Below are positions 27,997 through 36,744 of a stretch of 64,000 nt of DNA, in pieces. Within the stretch, counting starts at the first letter, position 1, and every line of letters begins with the position of its first letter. Made by a program: the position numbers and the translations under genes. This DNA is from Alphaproteobacteria bacterium (GTDB lineage: Bacteria; Pseudomonadota; Alphaproteobacteria; UBA828), in the NCBI GenBank assembly GCA_965214705.1, contig OZ243972.1, positions 1,440,001 through 1,504,000 on the forward strand. The letters are read 5' to 3'. The notes under the pieces are model-generated. The model was not told the DNA's origin, searched no databases, and saw only the letters and a list, made by a program, of their open reading frames with translations.

Positions 27997-28888
27997 CGAT
28001 GCCTGGCGTGAGCCAAGCCGCGCCGCGTAGGCCGCTCTCCGGCCCGTAGCGCGCGCGAACCAGCCGGGTGGCGGGCCGGGCCACGTTCGCGTGAGCGCCC
28101 CAGGCACCAGGCACCAGACGGTAAAGCGCGTCGATCTCCGAGAGGCCGCCGCCCAGCACGATCACGTCGGGGTCGAGCAGGTTGATAACGCTGGCGAGCG
28201 CCTGGGCCAGACGTTCGGCATAGCGGACGACGGTGTTCGCCGCGAGCGCCTCTCCCGCCGCCGCCCGCGCGCCGATCTCTGCGGCCGTGGTCTGGTCGCC
28301 CCCGAGCGCCGCATAGTCGCGCGCTAGCGCCGCACCGTTGAGCCAGGTCTCGACGCAGCCCTGGGCGAAGCGCCCGCAGGCGCAGGGCACGCCGGCATCC
28401 CCCGGCGTGGGCCAGGGGTTGTGGCCCCACTCGCCGGCGCTGGCGTTGGCGCCCACCAGGGCCTCGCCCCGCACCACCAGACCGCCGCCCACGCCGGTGC
28501 CGAGGATGACTCCGAACACCACCTCGGCCCCCGCACCGGCGCCGTCGGTGGCTTCGGAGAGGGCGAAGCAGTTGGCGTCGTTGGCGAGCGCCACCGGGCA
28601 GCCGAGCCGGGTCTCCAGGGCTTGGCGGAAGGGCCGCCCTTCGAGCCAGGGCAGGTTGACGATCATGCTGATCTCGCCGTCCCGCGTGATCACGCCGGGG
28701 AGGCTCACGCCCACGCCGGGTGCGTGCACGCCCGCGCTCGCGAGCTCCGCCACCATTTCGACCACCGCATCGACCACGCCGTCGAAGCTCCCCGGCACCG
28801 GCCGGCGCAGGCGCGCGCGCTCTGCCCCGCCGTCGTCGAGCCCGATGGCAGCGAGCTTGGTGCCGCCGATGTCGAAGCCGATGCGCAT
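27971..28888 (-). CDS. ROK family sugar kinase (fructokinase/GlcNAc kinase type)
   Basis: GFDIGGTK, NDANCFALSE, ILGTGVGGG, GEWGH...CACG..GCVE. Confidence 0.92.
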   Translation of the reverse strand: MRIGFDIGGTKLAAIGLDDGGAERARLRRPVPGSFDGVVDAVVEMVAELASAGVHAPGVGVSLPGVITRDGEISMIVNLPWLEGRPFRQALETRLGCPVALANDANCFALSEATDGAGAGAEVVFGVILGTGVGGGLVVRGEALVGANASAGEWGHNPWPTPGDAGVPCACGRFAQGCVETWLNGAALARDYAALGGDQTTAAEIGARAAAGEALAANTVVRYAERLAQALASVINLLDPDVIVLGGGLSEIDALYRLVPGAWGAHANVARPATRLVRARYGPESGLRGAAWLTPGIVSAVAGPS

Positions 28889-28894
28889 CGCTTT

Positions 28895-30046
28895 CTATCG
28901 AGCCTCCGGTGCGTCGCTGCGCTCCCCGCCGATCCAGGTGGCGCGGACGCCCAGCTTGTCGTCGAGCCAGACCAGATCGGCGCGGAGCCCCGGCGCGAGT
29001 CGCCCCCGGTTCTCGGCGAGCCCGAGGAAATCCGCCGGATAGGCGGCAGCCATGGCGAGTGCCTCTTCGAGCGGAATGCCGGCGTGGGCGACGCAGTTCC
29101 TCACCGCCTGCCCCATGTCGAGCAGCGAGCCCGCGAGCCTGCCGTCGGCCGTGCGCAGGCAGCCGTCCACCACACGCACGCGCTCGTCGCCCAGGCTGAA
29201 CTCATCGAGGGCGGGCGCGCCCGCCGGGGCCATCGCGTCGGTGACCAGAAACAACTTGCCGCAGGGTTTGGCGCGCCAGGCGAGGCGAACCACGTCCCAG
29301 TGCACGTGGATGCCGTCGGCGATGATGCTGCAGGCGAGGTGGTCGCGGGTGAGCGCAGCCCCGATGGCGCCCAACTCCCGGTGGCCGAGCGGGCCCATGG
29401 CGTTGAACAGGTGGGTCACGCCCGTCAGTTCTGGCGCCGCCATATCGAAGGTAACGGCGTCGGCCTCGGTGTGGCCGGCGGCGACGATGACACCGCGCGC
29501 TGTGAGTCTCCCGATATTGTTCGACTCCACACTTTCGGGCGCCAGCGTCACGAGGGTGCGGCCCGCGCCGAGTGAGGCGAGCAGGTCGATGTCATCGTCG
29601 CCCAACGGGCCGATTTCGCGCGCATCATGGGCCCCGCGCCGCGCCAGGTTGATGTGGGGACCTTCGAAGTGGATGCCGAGGACCCCCGGCATCCCCTGAT
29701 CGAGCGCCTCCCGCACCGCCTCAACCGCCCGCGCCATGTCGGCGCGCGGGCCGGAGATGAAGGTCGGCAGAAAACCCGTGGTGCCGAAGGCGCGGTGGGC
29801 ACGACCGATCGTCCCGATGGTCGCCGCCGTCGGCGCATCGTTGAACATCACGCCGCCACCGCCGTTGACCTGGACGTCGATGAAGCCGGCGGCGAGCGTG
29901 CCTCCCGCGAGCCGCGTGACTTGCGCTCCGGCGGGTATCGCGTCCTCCGCCACGATGTCGCGGATAACGCCGTCTGCGAACAGCAGGGCGCGGCCGGAGA
30001 GAATCCCCTCCGGCGTGTGCAGCCGGGCGCCGGCTAGGACTTCCAT
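28895..30046 (-). CDS. nagA: N-acetylglucosamine-6-phosphate deacetylase
   Basis: GFIDVQVNGGGG, GIHFEGP, AGHT, THLFNAM, IADGIHV, VTDAM, LAGS. Confidence 0.95.
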   Translation of the reverse strand: MEVLAGARLHTPEGILSGRALLFADGVIRDIVAEDAIPAGAQVTRLAGGTLAAGFIDVQVNGGGGVMFNDAPTAATIGTIGRAHRAFGTTGFLPTFISGPRADMARAVEAVREALDQGMPGVLGIHFEGPHINLARRGAHDAREIGPLGDDDIDLLASLGAGRTLVTLAPESVESNNIGRLTARGVIVAAGHTEADAVTFDMAAPELTGVTHLFNAMGPLGHRELGAIGAALTRDHLACSIIADGIHVHWDVVRLAWRAKPCGKLFLVTDAMAPAGAPALDEFSLGDERVRVVDGCLRTADGRLAGSLLDMGQAVRNCVAHAGIPLEEALAMAAAYPADFLGLAENRGRLAPGLRADLVWLDDKLGVRATWIGGERSDAPEAR

Positions 30047-30139
30047 CGTCGCCCTAGCGGCTCGCGCCGGGAAACGGGTTCGCCGGCGCGAGGCGGAATG
30101 TTAGTGTCGGTGCAAAGGTCACGAAACCGGGTGTAAGCC

Positions 30140-31132
30140 ATGCTGCGCGCTGCCTCAATCGGGATGGGCTGGTGGTCCGACGAGCTAGCGGACGCCGCAC
30201 AGGGTAAGTCGGACGTGATCCGCATCGTGACCTGCTTCACCCGGTCAAAAGAAAAGCGCGCGGCCTTCGCCGAAAAATACGGCACGGCCCAGCACGACTC
30301 CTACGAAGCGGTGCTTGCTGACGACGGCGTCGACGCGGTCATCCTGACCACGCCGCACTCGACCCATGCCGAGCAGGTGATCGCGGCGGCGGCGGCCGGC
30401 AAGCACGTCTTCTGCGAGAAGCCGTTCACGCTGACCCGCGCAAGCGCGCAGGCCGCTGTGGATGCGTGTGCCGAGGCGGGCGTGGTGCTCGCGATCGGTC
30501 AGAACCGGCGCTGGCACAGCGCGACCCGCGCGCTCAAACGCATGGTGGAGGGCGGTGACTTCGGCACGATCCTCCACGCCGAGGCGAATTTCTCCGTGCC
30601 GAGCGCCCTCAGCTACCCGCCGGAACTCTGGCGCTCCAACCGTGTCGAGAGCCCGGCCGGTTCGATCACCGGGCTCGGCATCCACATGATCGATGCGCTC
30701 GTCTATCTGCTGGGTCCCATCACGCGGGTGGCGGCGCAGGCCCACCGGCGCGCGGTGCCGGTAGATATCGACGACACGACCTCGGTGCTGTTCCTCTTCG
30801 AGTCGGGGGTCTCGGGTTACCTCGGCACGATGTTCGCCTGCCCCCACACCTCCTACATCAACGTCTACGGCACTGGCGGCAACGCCTTCGCCCAGATCGA
30901 TAACAGCCAGCTCATCCTCCAATCTGCGGACGGGGTCAGGCGGGAGGAGCCCATCCAGCCGAACGACACGCTCAGGCTGGAGCTCGACGAGTTCGCCGCC
31001 ACCTGCGCTGGCGAGGTCGAGTACACGGTGACGACCGAGGAGGCCGTGCACGGCATCGCCGTGATGGAAGCGCTGGTCGAGGCCACGACCACCGGCCAGT
31101 GGGTGGAGGTCGCTGGCGGGGGCGAGGCATGA
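30140..31132 (+). CDS. Gfo/Idh/MocA oxidoreductase
   Basis: IGMGWW, TPHSTH, GKHVFCEKP, GIHMID. Confidence 0.92.
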   Translation: MLRAASIGMGWWSDELADAAQGKSDVIRIVTCFTRSKEKRAAFAEKYGTAQHDSYEAVLADDGVDAVILTTPHSTHAEQVIAAAAAGKHVFCEKPFTLTRASAQAAVDACAEAGVVLAIGQNRRWHSATRALKRMVEGGDFGTILHAEANFSVPSALSYPPELWRSNRVESPAGSITGLGIHMIDALVYLLGPITRVAAQAHRRAVPVDIDDTTSVLFLFESGVSGYLGTMFACPHTSYINVYGTGGNAFAQIDNSQLILQSADGVRREEPIQPNDTLRLELDEFAATCAGEVEYTVTTEEAVHGIAVMEALVEATTTGQWVEVAGGGEA

Positions 31133-32133
31133 GCGCGCGCCACACCTTCTTCTGCATCGACGGCCACACCTGCGGCAATCCCGTGCGTGTGGTGGCGGGC
31201 GGCGGGCCGACGCTCGCAGGTGCCACCATGAGCGAGCGGCGCCAGCACTTCCTCCGCGACCACGACTGGATCCGCCGGGCGCTCATGTTCGAGCCCCGCG
31301 GCCACGACCTGATGTCGGGCGCCGTGCTCTACCCGCCGCTCTCGCCCGACGCTGACATTGCGCTGCTCTTCGTCGAGACCTCCGGATGCTTGCCGATGTG
31401 CGGCCACGGCACCATCGGGACCGTGACCATCGCCTTGGAGCACGGCCTCGTCTCCCCCCGTAACGAGGGCACGTTGGTGCTGGACACGCCGGCGGGCCGG
31501 GTCGAAGCGCGCTACCGGCAGAACGGCGCGCGTGTCGAGGCCGTGCGCATCACCAACGTGCCGAGCTTCCTGGCGGAGACAGGTGTTGCCGTGGAATGCC
31601 CCGGCCTCGGCCCGCTCACGGTGGACATCGCCTACGGCGGCAACTTCTACGCGATCGTCGATCCACAGCCGGGCTATGCGGGGATGGAGGCGTTCTCGGC
31701 GGCCGAGCTGCTGGCGATGAGCCCTGGCCTGCGCGAGGCCTGCAACCGGGTGGTTGAATGCGTCCACCCCGATGACTCTTCCATCGCCGGCGTCAGCCAC
31801 GTGATGTGGACCGGCGCGCCGCAGGACCCCGGCGCTCACGGGCGGAACGCCGTCTTCTACGGCTCCGGCGCGCTCGATCGCTCCCCCTGCGGCACCGGCA
31901 GCTCCGCGCGCATGGCGCAGTGGGCGGCCACGGGAAAGCTGGCGCCCGGCGATGACTTCGTGCACGAGAGCATCATCGGCAGCCTGTTTCGCTGCCGTGT
32001 CGAGAGCGCGACGAAGGTGGGCAATCACGACGCGATCGTGCCGAGCATCGAGGGGTGGGCGCGAGTCACCGGGCTCAACACCATCTTCGTGGACGAAGCC
32101 GATCCCTTCGCCCACGGTTTCCAGGTGACCTAG
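31129..32133 (+). CDS. 4-hydroxyproline 2-epimerase (proline racemase family)
   Basis: DGHTCGNPVR, EPRGH, LPMCGHGTIG, DRSPCGTG; ATGA overlap with the upstream gene. Confidence 0.93.
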   Translation: MSARHTFFCIDGHTCGNPVRVVAGGGPTLAGATMSERRQHFLRDHDWIRRALMFEPRGHDLMSGAVLYPPLSPDADIALLFVETSGCLPMCGHGTIGTVTIALEHGLVSPRNEGTLVLDTPAGRVEARYRQNGARVEAVRITNVPSFLAETGVAVECPGLGPLTVDIAYGGNFYAIVDPQPGYAGMEAFSAAELLAMSPGLREACNRVVECVHPDDSSIAGVSHVMWTGAPQDPGAHGRNAVFYGSGALDRSPCGTGSSARMAQWAATGKLAPGDDFVHESIIGSLFRCRVESATKVGNHDAIVPSIEGWARVTGLNTIFVDEADPFAHGFQVT

Positions 32134-32317
32134 ACCGGTTCGGCCAAAACATAAGGAAAAGTTATATCAATATAAGCAATCAATATTGGGCGGTATACGC
32201 CCAGCCGGGCAGTGTCGGGCCGTTTGGCTGGGTGCCGCAATGGAATGCAGCCCGGCCTTGGCAGATGGAGCATGTCGGTAGAGCGTGGACGACGCGCGTT
32301 CGGGGAGACAAGAAAAC

Positions 32318-33103
32318 ATGACCAGTTCCGCCATTCACAAGCCGTATCCCGCTCTTCGCGCGCGCGCGCATCGCGCGTCCACGCGCGCGGTCAGGCGTTG
32401 CCTCGCTCCGGTCTTCGCCGTCCTTCTCATGGGCACCCTCGGACTGGGGTGTGCGGCTTATGGCGATGCGTCGGACGACGTGTCGTCCGACCCGCAGGCA
32501 AGCGATCCCGCCGCCGGCGCCTCGGCGACCTATACCGTCACGTACACGGGCACGTGGACCGCGGCTGCCACCCCTGGTGGTCTTCCCGACGGTGCGCACT
32601 TCTCGCCGCTGATCGGCGGCGTTCACAATGCCGCCGTGGCGTTCCTGGAGGCTGGCGGCGTCGCCACGCCGGGCATTGAATCCATGGCGGAACGCGGGCG
32701 CACCGCCACCTTGACGAAGGAAATCGAAGCAGCCGGGGCGAATGCGCGGAGTGTGCTGCGCAAGGACTCGGGCTCCGGCGCAACGGAGTCCTCGACATTC
32801 GAGTCCGTCGTGCTCACCGCCGACCATCCCCGTATCACCCTGCTCTCGATGATCGCGCCGAGCCCGGATTGGTTCGTCGGCGTCTTCGGTCTCTCCCTGC
32901 TCGATGCCGAGGGCGGCTGGGTCGAGGCGCTGACGGTGGACCTCCACCCGTACGATGCCGGGACCGAGGAGGGGGAGGAGTTCTCGTTCGACAACCCGGC
33001 CACCGTGCCACAGGGCACCATCGCCAGCCTCCAGGGCACAGGTAGGTTCTCGTCGGACGCGCCGATGGCGACGCTGACCTTCACTCTCCAGTCGGCCGAA
33101 TAG
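32318..33103 (+). CDS. Spondin_N domain exported protein
   Basis: YTVTYTGTW, HFSPLIG.VH, GIESMAERG, LLSMIAPSPDWFVG, YDAGTE; hydrophobic N-terminal segment. Confidence 0.88.
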   Translation: MTSSAIHKPYPALRARAHRASTRAVRRCLAPVFAVLLMGTLGLGCAAYGDASDDVSSDPQASDPAAGASATYTVTYTGTWTAAATPGGLPDGAHFSPLIGGVHNAAVAFLEAGGVATPGIESMAERGRTATLTKEIEAAGANARSVLRKDSGSGATESSTFESVVLTADHPRITLLSMIAPSPDWFVGVFGLSLLDAEGGWVEALTVDLHPYDAGTEEGEEFSFDNPATVPQGTIASLQGTGRFSSDAPMATLTFTLQSAE

Positions 33104-33104
33104 G

Positions 33105-33563
33105 GTGAGCGGAACCCCCGCAGCGGCAGTCCAGCATAGCGGCGCGACCGCCGCCGAGAATGCGCACAAGCACACCCTAAAGCGCCGCACGCCGCCGCTC
33201 GCCGCCCTGTTGTTCGCGATGGTTCTCGTCGCGGCGACGCTCGTGCAGGGTCCGCGCGCGGCTGCGGAGGAATACAGCGATGCCATGCTCGAAGCCTTCG
33301 CTTCCGCCGCCATCGAGGTCAGCAGAAGGATCGAGGCCTGGCGGCCACTCATCGAAAGCACGGCCGACGAAGACGAGCGCGCAGCCCTGATCGAAGACGC
33401 ACAGGCGGACCTCGCGCGCGCCATCGAAGAAACGGAAGGCATCGACGAGGACGAGTACTACGCCATCTACGAAGCCGCGCGGGAGGACCAGGCGCTGCGC
33501 AATCGAATAAACGAGATCTTCTCCGCCCTCCTGCAGCGCCCGCAAGTCCCTCGCGCCGAGTGA
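33105..33563 (+). CDS. DUF4168-like exported protein
   Basis: Signal peptide, then YSDAMLEAFASA...AIEETEGIDEDEYYAI..AA..D..LR.RI. Start uncertain. Confidence 0.7.
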   Translation: MSGTPAAAVQHSGATAAENAHKHTLKRRTPPLAALLFAMVLVAATLVQGPRAAAEEYSDAMLEAFASAAIEVSRRIEAWRPLIESTADEDERAALIEDAQADLARAIEETEGIDEDEYYAIYEAAREDQALRNRINEIFSALLQRPQVPRAE

Positions 33564-33588
33564 CCGCCTATCGAGGAACAGAAGGCCG

Positions 33589-34755
33589 ATGAAGATCAGG
33601 AGCATCACGGCACGCTGGGTGCATGTGCCGATCCCCAAGGCGCAGCAGCACAAGAGCGACCTCGGCGTCGCCAACTTCTTCGATGCCACGATCGCGCGGG
33701 TCGAGACCGAGTGCGGCCTCGTGGGCTGGGGCGAGGCGAAGGCGTCGGTCGGCAGCATGGGCAACAACGCGGCGATGGCTGCGCTCATCAACCGCGACCT
33801 GGGCCCGGCGCTGATCGGCGAGGACCCGCGCAACCCGCGTCGGCTGTGGGAGATCGGCTACAACGGCAGCCGTGCCCACTTTGCGCTGACACGCGGCCAG
33901 GCCTTCCCTGCGCTGGACCGCCGTGGCAGCCGGATCAGCGCCATCGGCGCCATTGACATGGCCTGCTGGGATATCCTGGGCCGTTCCCTGGATGTGCCGG
34001 TTTGGCAGCTGCTCGGCGGCAAGTGCCGGGATGCCATGCCGGCCTACGCCTCCGGTGGCTGGGCGCCCGCCGAGGCCATCGGCGCACAACTGGAAGGCTA
34101 CATCGTGCGCGGCGGCTTCGGCGCGGTGAAGATGCGGGTCGGCGCCGGCGACGGCGACGTCATCACCTCCGTGCGCCGGGTTCGGGCCGCGCGCGCCCAT
34201 CTGGGCTGCGATATCCAGATCATGGTGGACTCCCACGGCACGTTTTCGGTCAAGGAGGCGCTCCGCTTTGTGCGGCTCGTCGAGGGCTGCGGCCTCGCCT
34301 GGTTCGAGGAGCCGGTGAATGTCGATGACCGGACCGGCATAGCAACCGTGCGGGCCGCGAGCGACATCCCCATCGCGGCCGGCGAGAGCGAGTTCACCCG
34401 CTTCGATTTCCGCGAACTGCTGGAGCATAAGGCCGTGGACTACTTCCAGCCCGACCTCGCCATCGCGGGCGGCATCACCGAGGCCATGCGGATCGCGGCT
34501 CTGGCCGAGAGCCACGGCGTCAAGCTCGCGCCCCACCTCTGGGGCGGCGCGCTCAACTTCGCCGCCGGGCTTCAGGTGATGGCCGCCTCGCCTGCGGCGG
34601 TCATCGCCGAATATTCTCTCGGCGCCAATCCGCTGCTCCACGATCTCGCCGAGGAGAGTTTTGAGGTGGTGGACGGCATGATCGCCATTCCCGACCGCCC
34701 CGGTCTCGGGGTGACCATCGACGAAGAGTTTCTCGCCGCCCACACGGTCGAATAG
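33589..34755 (+). CDS. Mandelate racemase/muconate lactonizing enzyme family protein
   Basis: GWGEA, AIDMACWDILG, KMR, MVD, WFEEP, AGESE, QPD, APH, PGLGV. Confidence 0.93.
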   Translation: MKIRSITARWVHVPIPKAQQHKSDLGVANFFDATIARVETECGLVGWGEAKASVGSMGNNAAMAALINRDLGPALIGEDPRNPRRLWEIGYNGSRAHFALTRGQAFPALDRRGSRISAIGAIDMACWDILGRSLDVPVWQLLGGKCRDAMPAYASGGWAPAEAIGAQLEGYIVRGGFGAVKMRVGAGDGDVITSVRRVRAARAHLGCDIQIMVDSHGTFSVKEALRFVRLVEGCGLAWFEEPVNVDDRTGIATVRAASDIPIAAGESEFTRFDFRELLEHKAVDYFQPDLAIAGGITEAMRIAALAESHGVKLAPHLWGGALNFAAGLQVMAASPAAVIAEYSLGANPLLHDLAEESFEVVDGMIAIPDRPGLGVTIDEEFLAAHTVE

Positions 34756-34860
34756 TCTGCGCGACATCGTCGTCTTCTGGGATTCGGCGGCCGGGCGGCT
34801 ATGATGCGCGGCCGGCCGCGCCGGGCGCGGTCCCACCCGCCATTCAGGAGAGACGCCGCC

Positions 34861-35250
34861 ATGCCCAACGAGATGTACGAGAAAGGCCTGCAAATCCGGC
34901 GCGAGGTGCTGGGCTCGGAGTACGTGGACCGCGCCATCGGCAGCGCCGACGACTTCAACAAGGAATTCCAGGAGATCCTGACCGAGTACTGCTGGGGCGC
35001 GGTGTGGGGCCGGCCGGGGCTGAGCCGCAAGCAGCGCAGCCTCAACAACATCTGCATGCTCTCTGCGCTGGGCCGCAGTCACGAGCTGGAGCTGCACCTC
35101 AAGGGGGCGCTCACCAACGGTGTGACCGTCGACGAGATCAAGGAGACGCTGATCCAGGTCGCCGTCTACTGCGGCGCGCCGGCGGCAGTCGAGGGCTTCC
35201 GCATCGCGCGTCGCGTCGTCGACGAGCACCGCAAGGCGGAGGCGGGCTGA
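34861..35250 (+). CDS. Carboxymuconolactone decarboxylase family protein
   Basis: GLQIRREVLG..YVD, EYCWGAVWGRPGL, ELELH.KGA..NG, QVAVYCGAPAA. Confidence 0.92.
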   Translation: MPNEMYEKGLQIRREVLGSEYVDRAIGSADDFNKEFQEILTEYCWGAVWGRPGLSRKQRSLNNICMLSALGRSHELELHLKGALTNGVTVDEIKETLIQVAVYCGAPAAVEGFRIARRVVDEHRKAEAG

Positions 35251-36110
35251 TGCCGACTTTAGGTTTCATCGGTCTCGGCAACATGGGCGGCCCCATGGCG
35301 CACAATCTGGCGGCCGCCGGCCATGAGGTGGTGTGCTTCGACACTGCGGGCACGGAAGCGCTGGCACCGCCGGGCGCGCCCACGGCCGCATCCGCGGCGG
35401 AGGTCGCGCAGCGGGCCCGTATCGTCTTCCTCTGCCTGCCCGACGGGCCCGTGGTGCTGCACGTGGCGCGGGAGATCGCCGACTGCCCCGACCGTGCGGT
35501 CAAGATCGTGGTGGACAGCACCACCGCCGGCATGCCGGACGCCCGGGCGGCCCACGACGTGCTGGCCGAGGCCGGCATCCGCTACGCCGATGCGCCGGTG
35601 AGCGGCGGCACGAAGGGCTCCAAGGCCGGCACGCTCGCCATGATGGTCGCCGCACCGGACGATCTCTACGCCGAAATCGAGCCCTACATCCGCCCGATGG
35701 CGGCGAACGCCCGCCATGTCGGCACCGAGCCCGGCCAGGGCATGGCGATGAAGCTGCTCAACAACTTTCTGTCGGCGACGGCGATGGCGGCGACCAGCGA
35801 GGCGGTGGCCTTCGGCGTCTCCCAGGGCCTCGACATGATGACGATTCTGGAGACGGTCAACGTCTCCACCGGGCGCAATACCGCGACCGAGGACAAGTTC
35901 CCCAACCGCATCGCCACCGGCGCCTTCGACGCCGGCTTCGCCACCAAGCTCATGGCCAAGGATCTCCGGCTCTACGAGGCGAGCGTCACGGCCACCGGCT
36001 CGCCGCGCCGCCTTGCCGGGCAGCTCCGCAAAATCTGGGACGGTCTGGAGGCCGCCCGCCCGGATTCCGACTTCACAGAGATCTACCAGTACGTGCGGGA
36101 CGGCCAGTAA
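35250..36110 (+). CDS. 3-hydroxyisobutyrate dehydrogenase family NAD(P)-dependent oxidoreductase
   Basis: GFIGLGNMGGPMA, DAPVSGG, KLLNN, MAKDL. Confidence 0.92.
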   Translation: MPTLGFIGLGNMGGPMAHNLAAAGHEVVCFDTAGTEALAPPGAPTAASAAEVAQRARIVFLCLPDGPVVLHVAREIADCPDRAVKIVVDSTTAGMPDARAAHDVLAEAGIRYADAPVSGGTKGSKAGTLAMMVAAPDDLYAEIEPYIRPMAANARHVGTEPGQGMAMKLLNNFLSATAMAATSEAVAFGVSQGLDMMTILETVNVSTGRNTATEDKFPNRIATGAFDAGFATKLMAKDLRLYEASVTATGSPRRLAGQLRKIWDGLEAARPDSDFTEIYQYVRDGQ

Positions 36111-36131
36111 CCGCACCGGCCGACCGAACAA

Positions 36132-36246
36132 CCCCCACCTCACCCTGACCCTCTCCGCCCCCAGGGGCGGAGAGGGAACGCAGGCCGCGCCGCCTTCTCT
36201 CCCTCTCCTCCCCGCCGGGGAGGAGAGGGCTGGGGAGAGGAGGGGG
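36132..36246. repeat. REP-like palindromic element (paired CCCTCTCC...GGAGAGGG hairpins)
   Basis: CCCTCTCCGCCCC-CA-GGGGCGGAGAGGG (36149-36176) and CCCTCTCCTCCCC-GCC-GGGGAGGAGAGGG (36201-36229), with CCCCACCTCACCC/GGGGAGAGGAGGGG outer arms, lying after the operon end. Confidence 0.75.
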
Positions 36247-36317
36247 ACTGCTTCCGTCCTTCATGTTGGTGGACGGACGACTTGCCGCACTCCGTCGGGG
36301 TGATTAGCCTCAAGCCT

Positions 36318-36611
36318 ATGGAAGACGGGGCGCCGACCCACTACGTGGTTGTCGAAGGGCTGGCGGGCGAGGACTCGACTTGGCGCGTCGTCCGGGCCGA
36401 GGAGCACGCGCGAGGACGCAGGCTCTATGCCTTCGTCGGGACGTGTCAGACCCGCCGCGCGGCGCTTTCCCTTGCTCGTGCGCTCAACGAGAAGCGTGCC
36501 GTCGACGAGGAAACGCTACGGGCCGCGGCCCTGCGAGGACAGGCTCTCGCTCCCGGCCGCGCCGACATCACGCCCGCACCCGACCCCTACAGGCTGAGGC
36601 CTTCCTGCTGA
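36318..36611 (+). CDS. Hypothetical protein
   Basis: Short ORF with plausible codon usage; no recognisable motif. Confidence 0.4.
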   Translation: MEDGAPTHYVVVEGLAGEDSTWRVVRAEEHARGRRLYAFVGTCQTRRAALSLARALNEKRAVDEETLRAAALRGQALAPGRADITPAPDPYRLRPSC

Positions 36612-36744
36612 GACTCTTTGTCGCTCTCGGCAGCCGGCCTACGGCCGGCGCCTCCGCGCAGGCGCCGCATAAGCGGCGGGCCGCGGTCGCGGCCTGTCGC
36701 GGGTCCGTCAGAGACGGACTCGCTCAAAGGTCATCTACTCTTAA

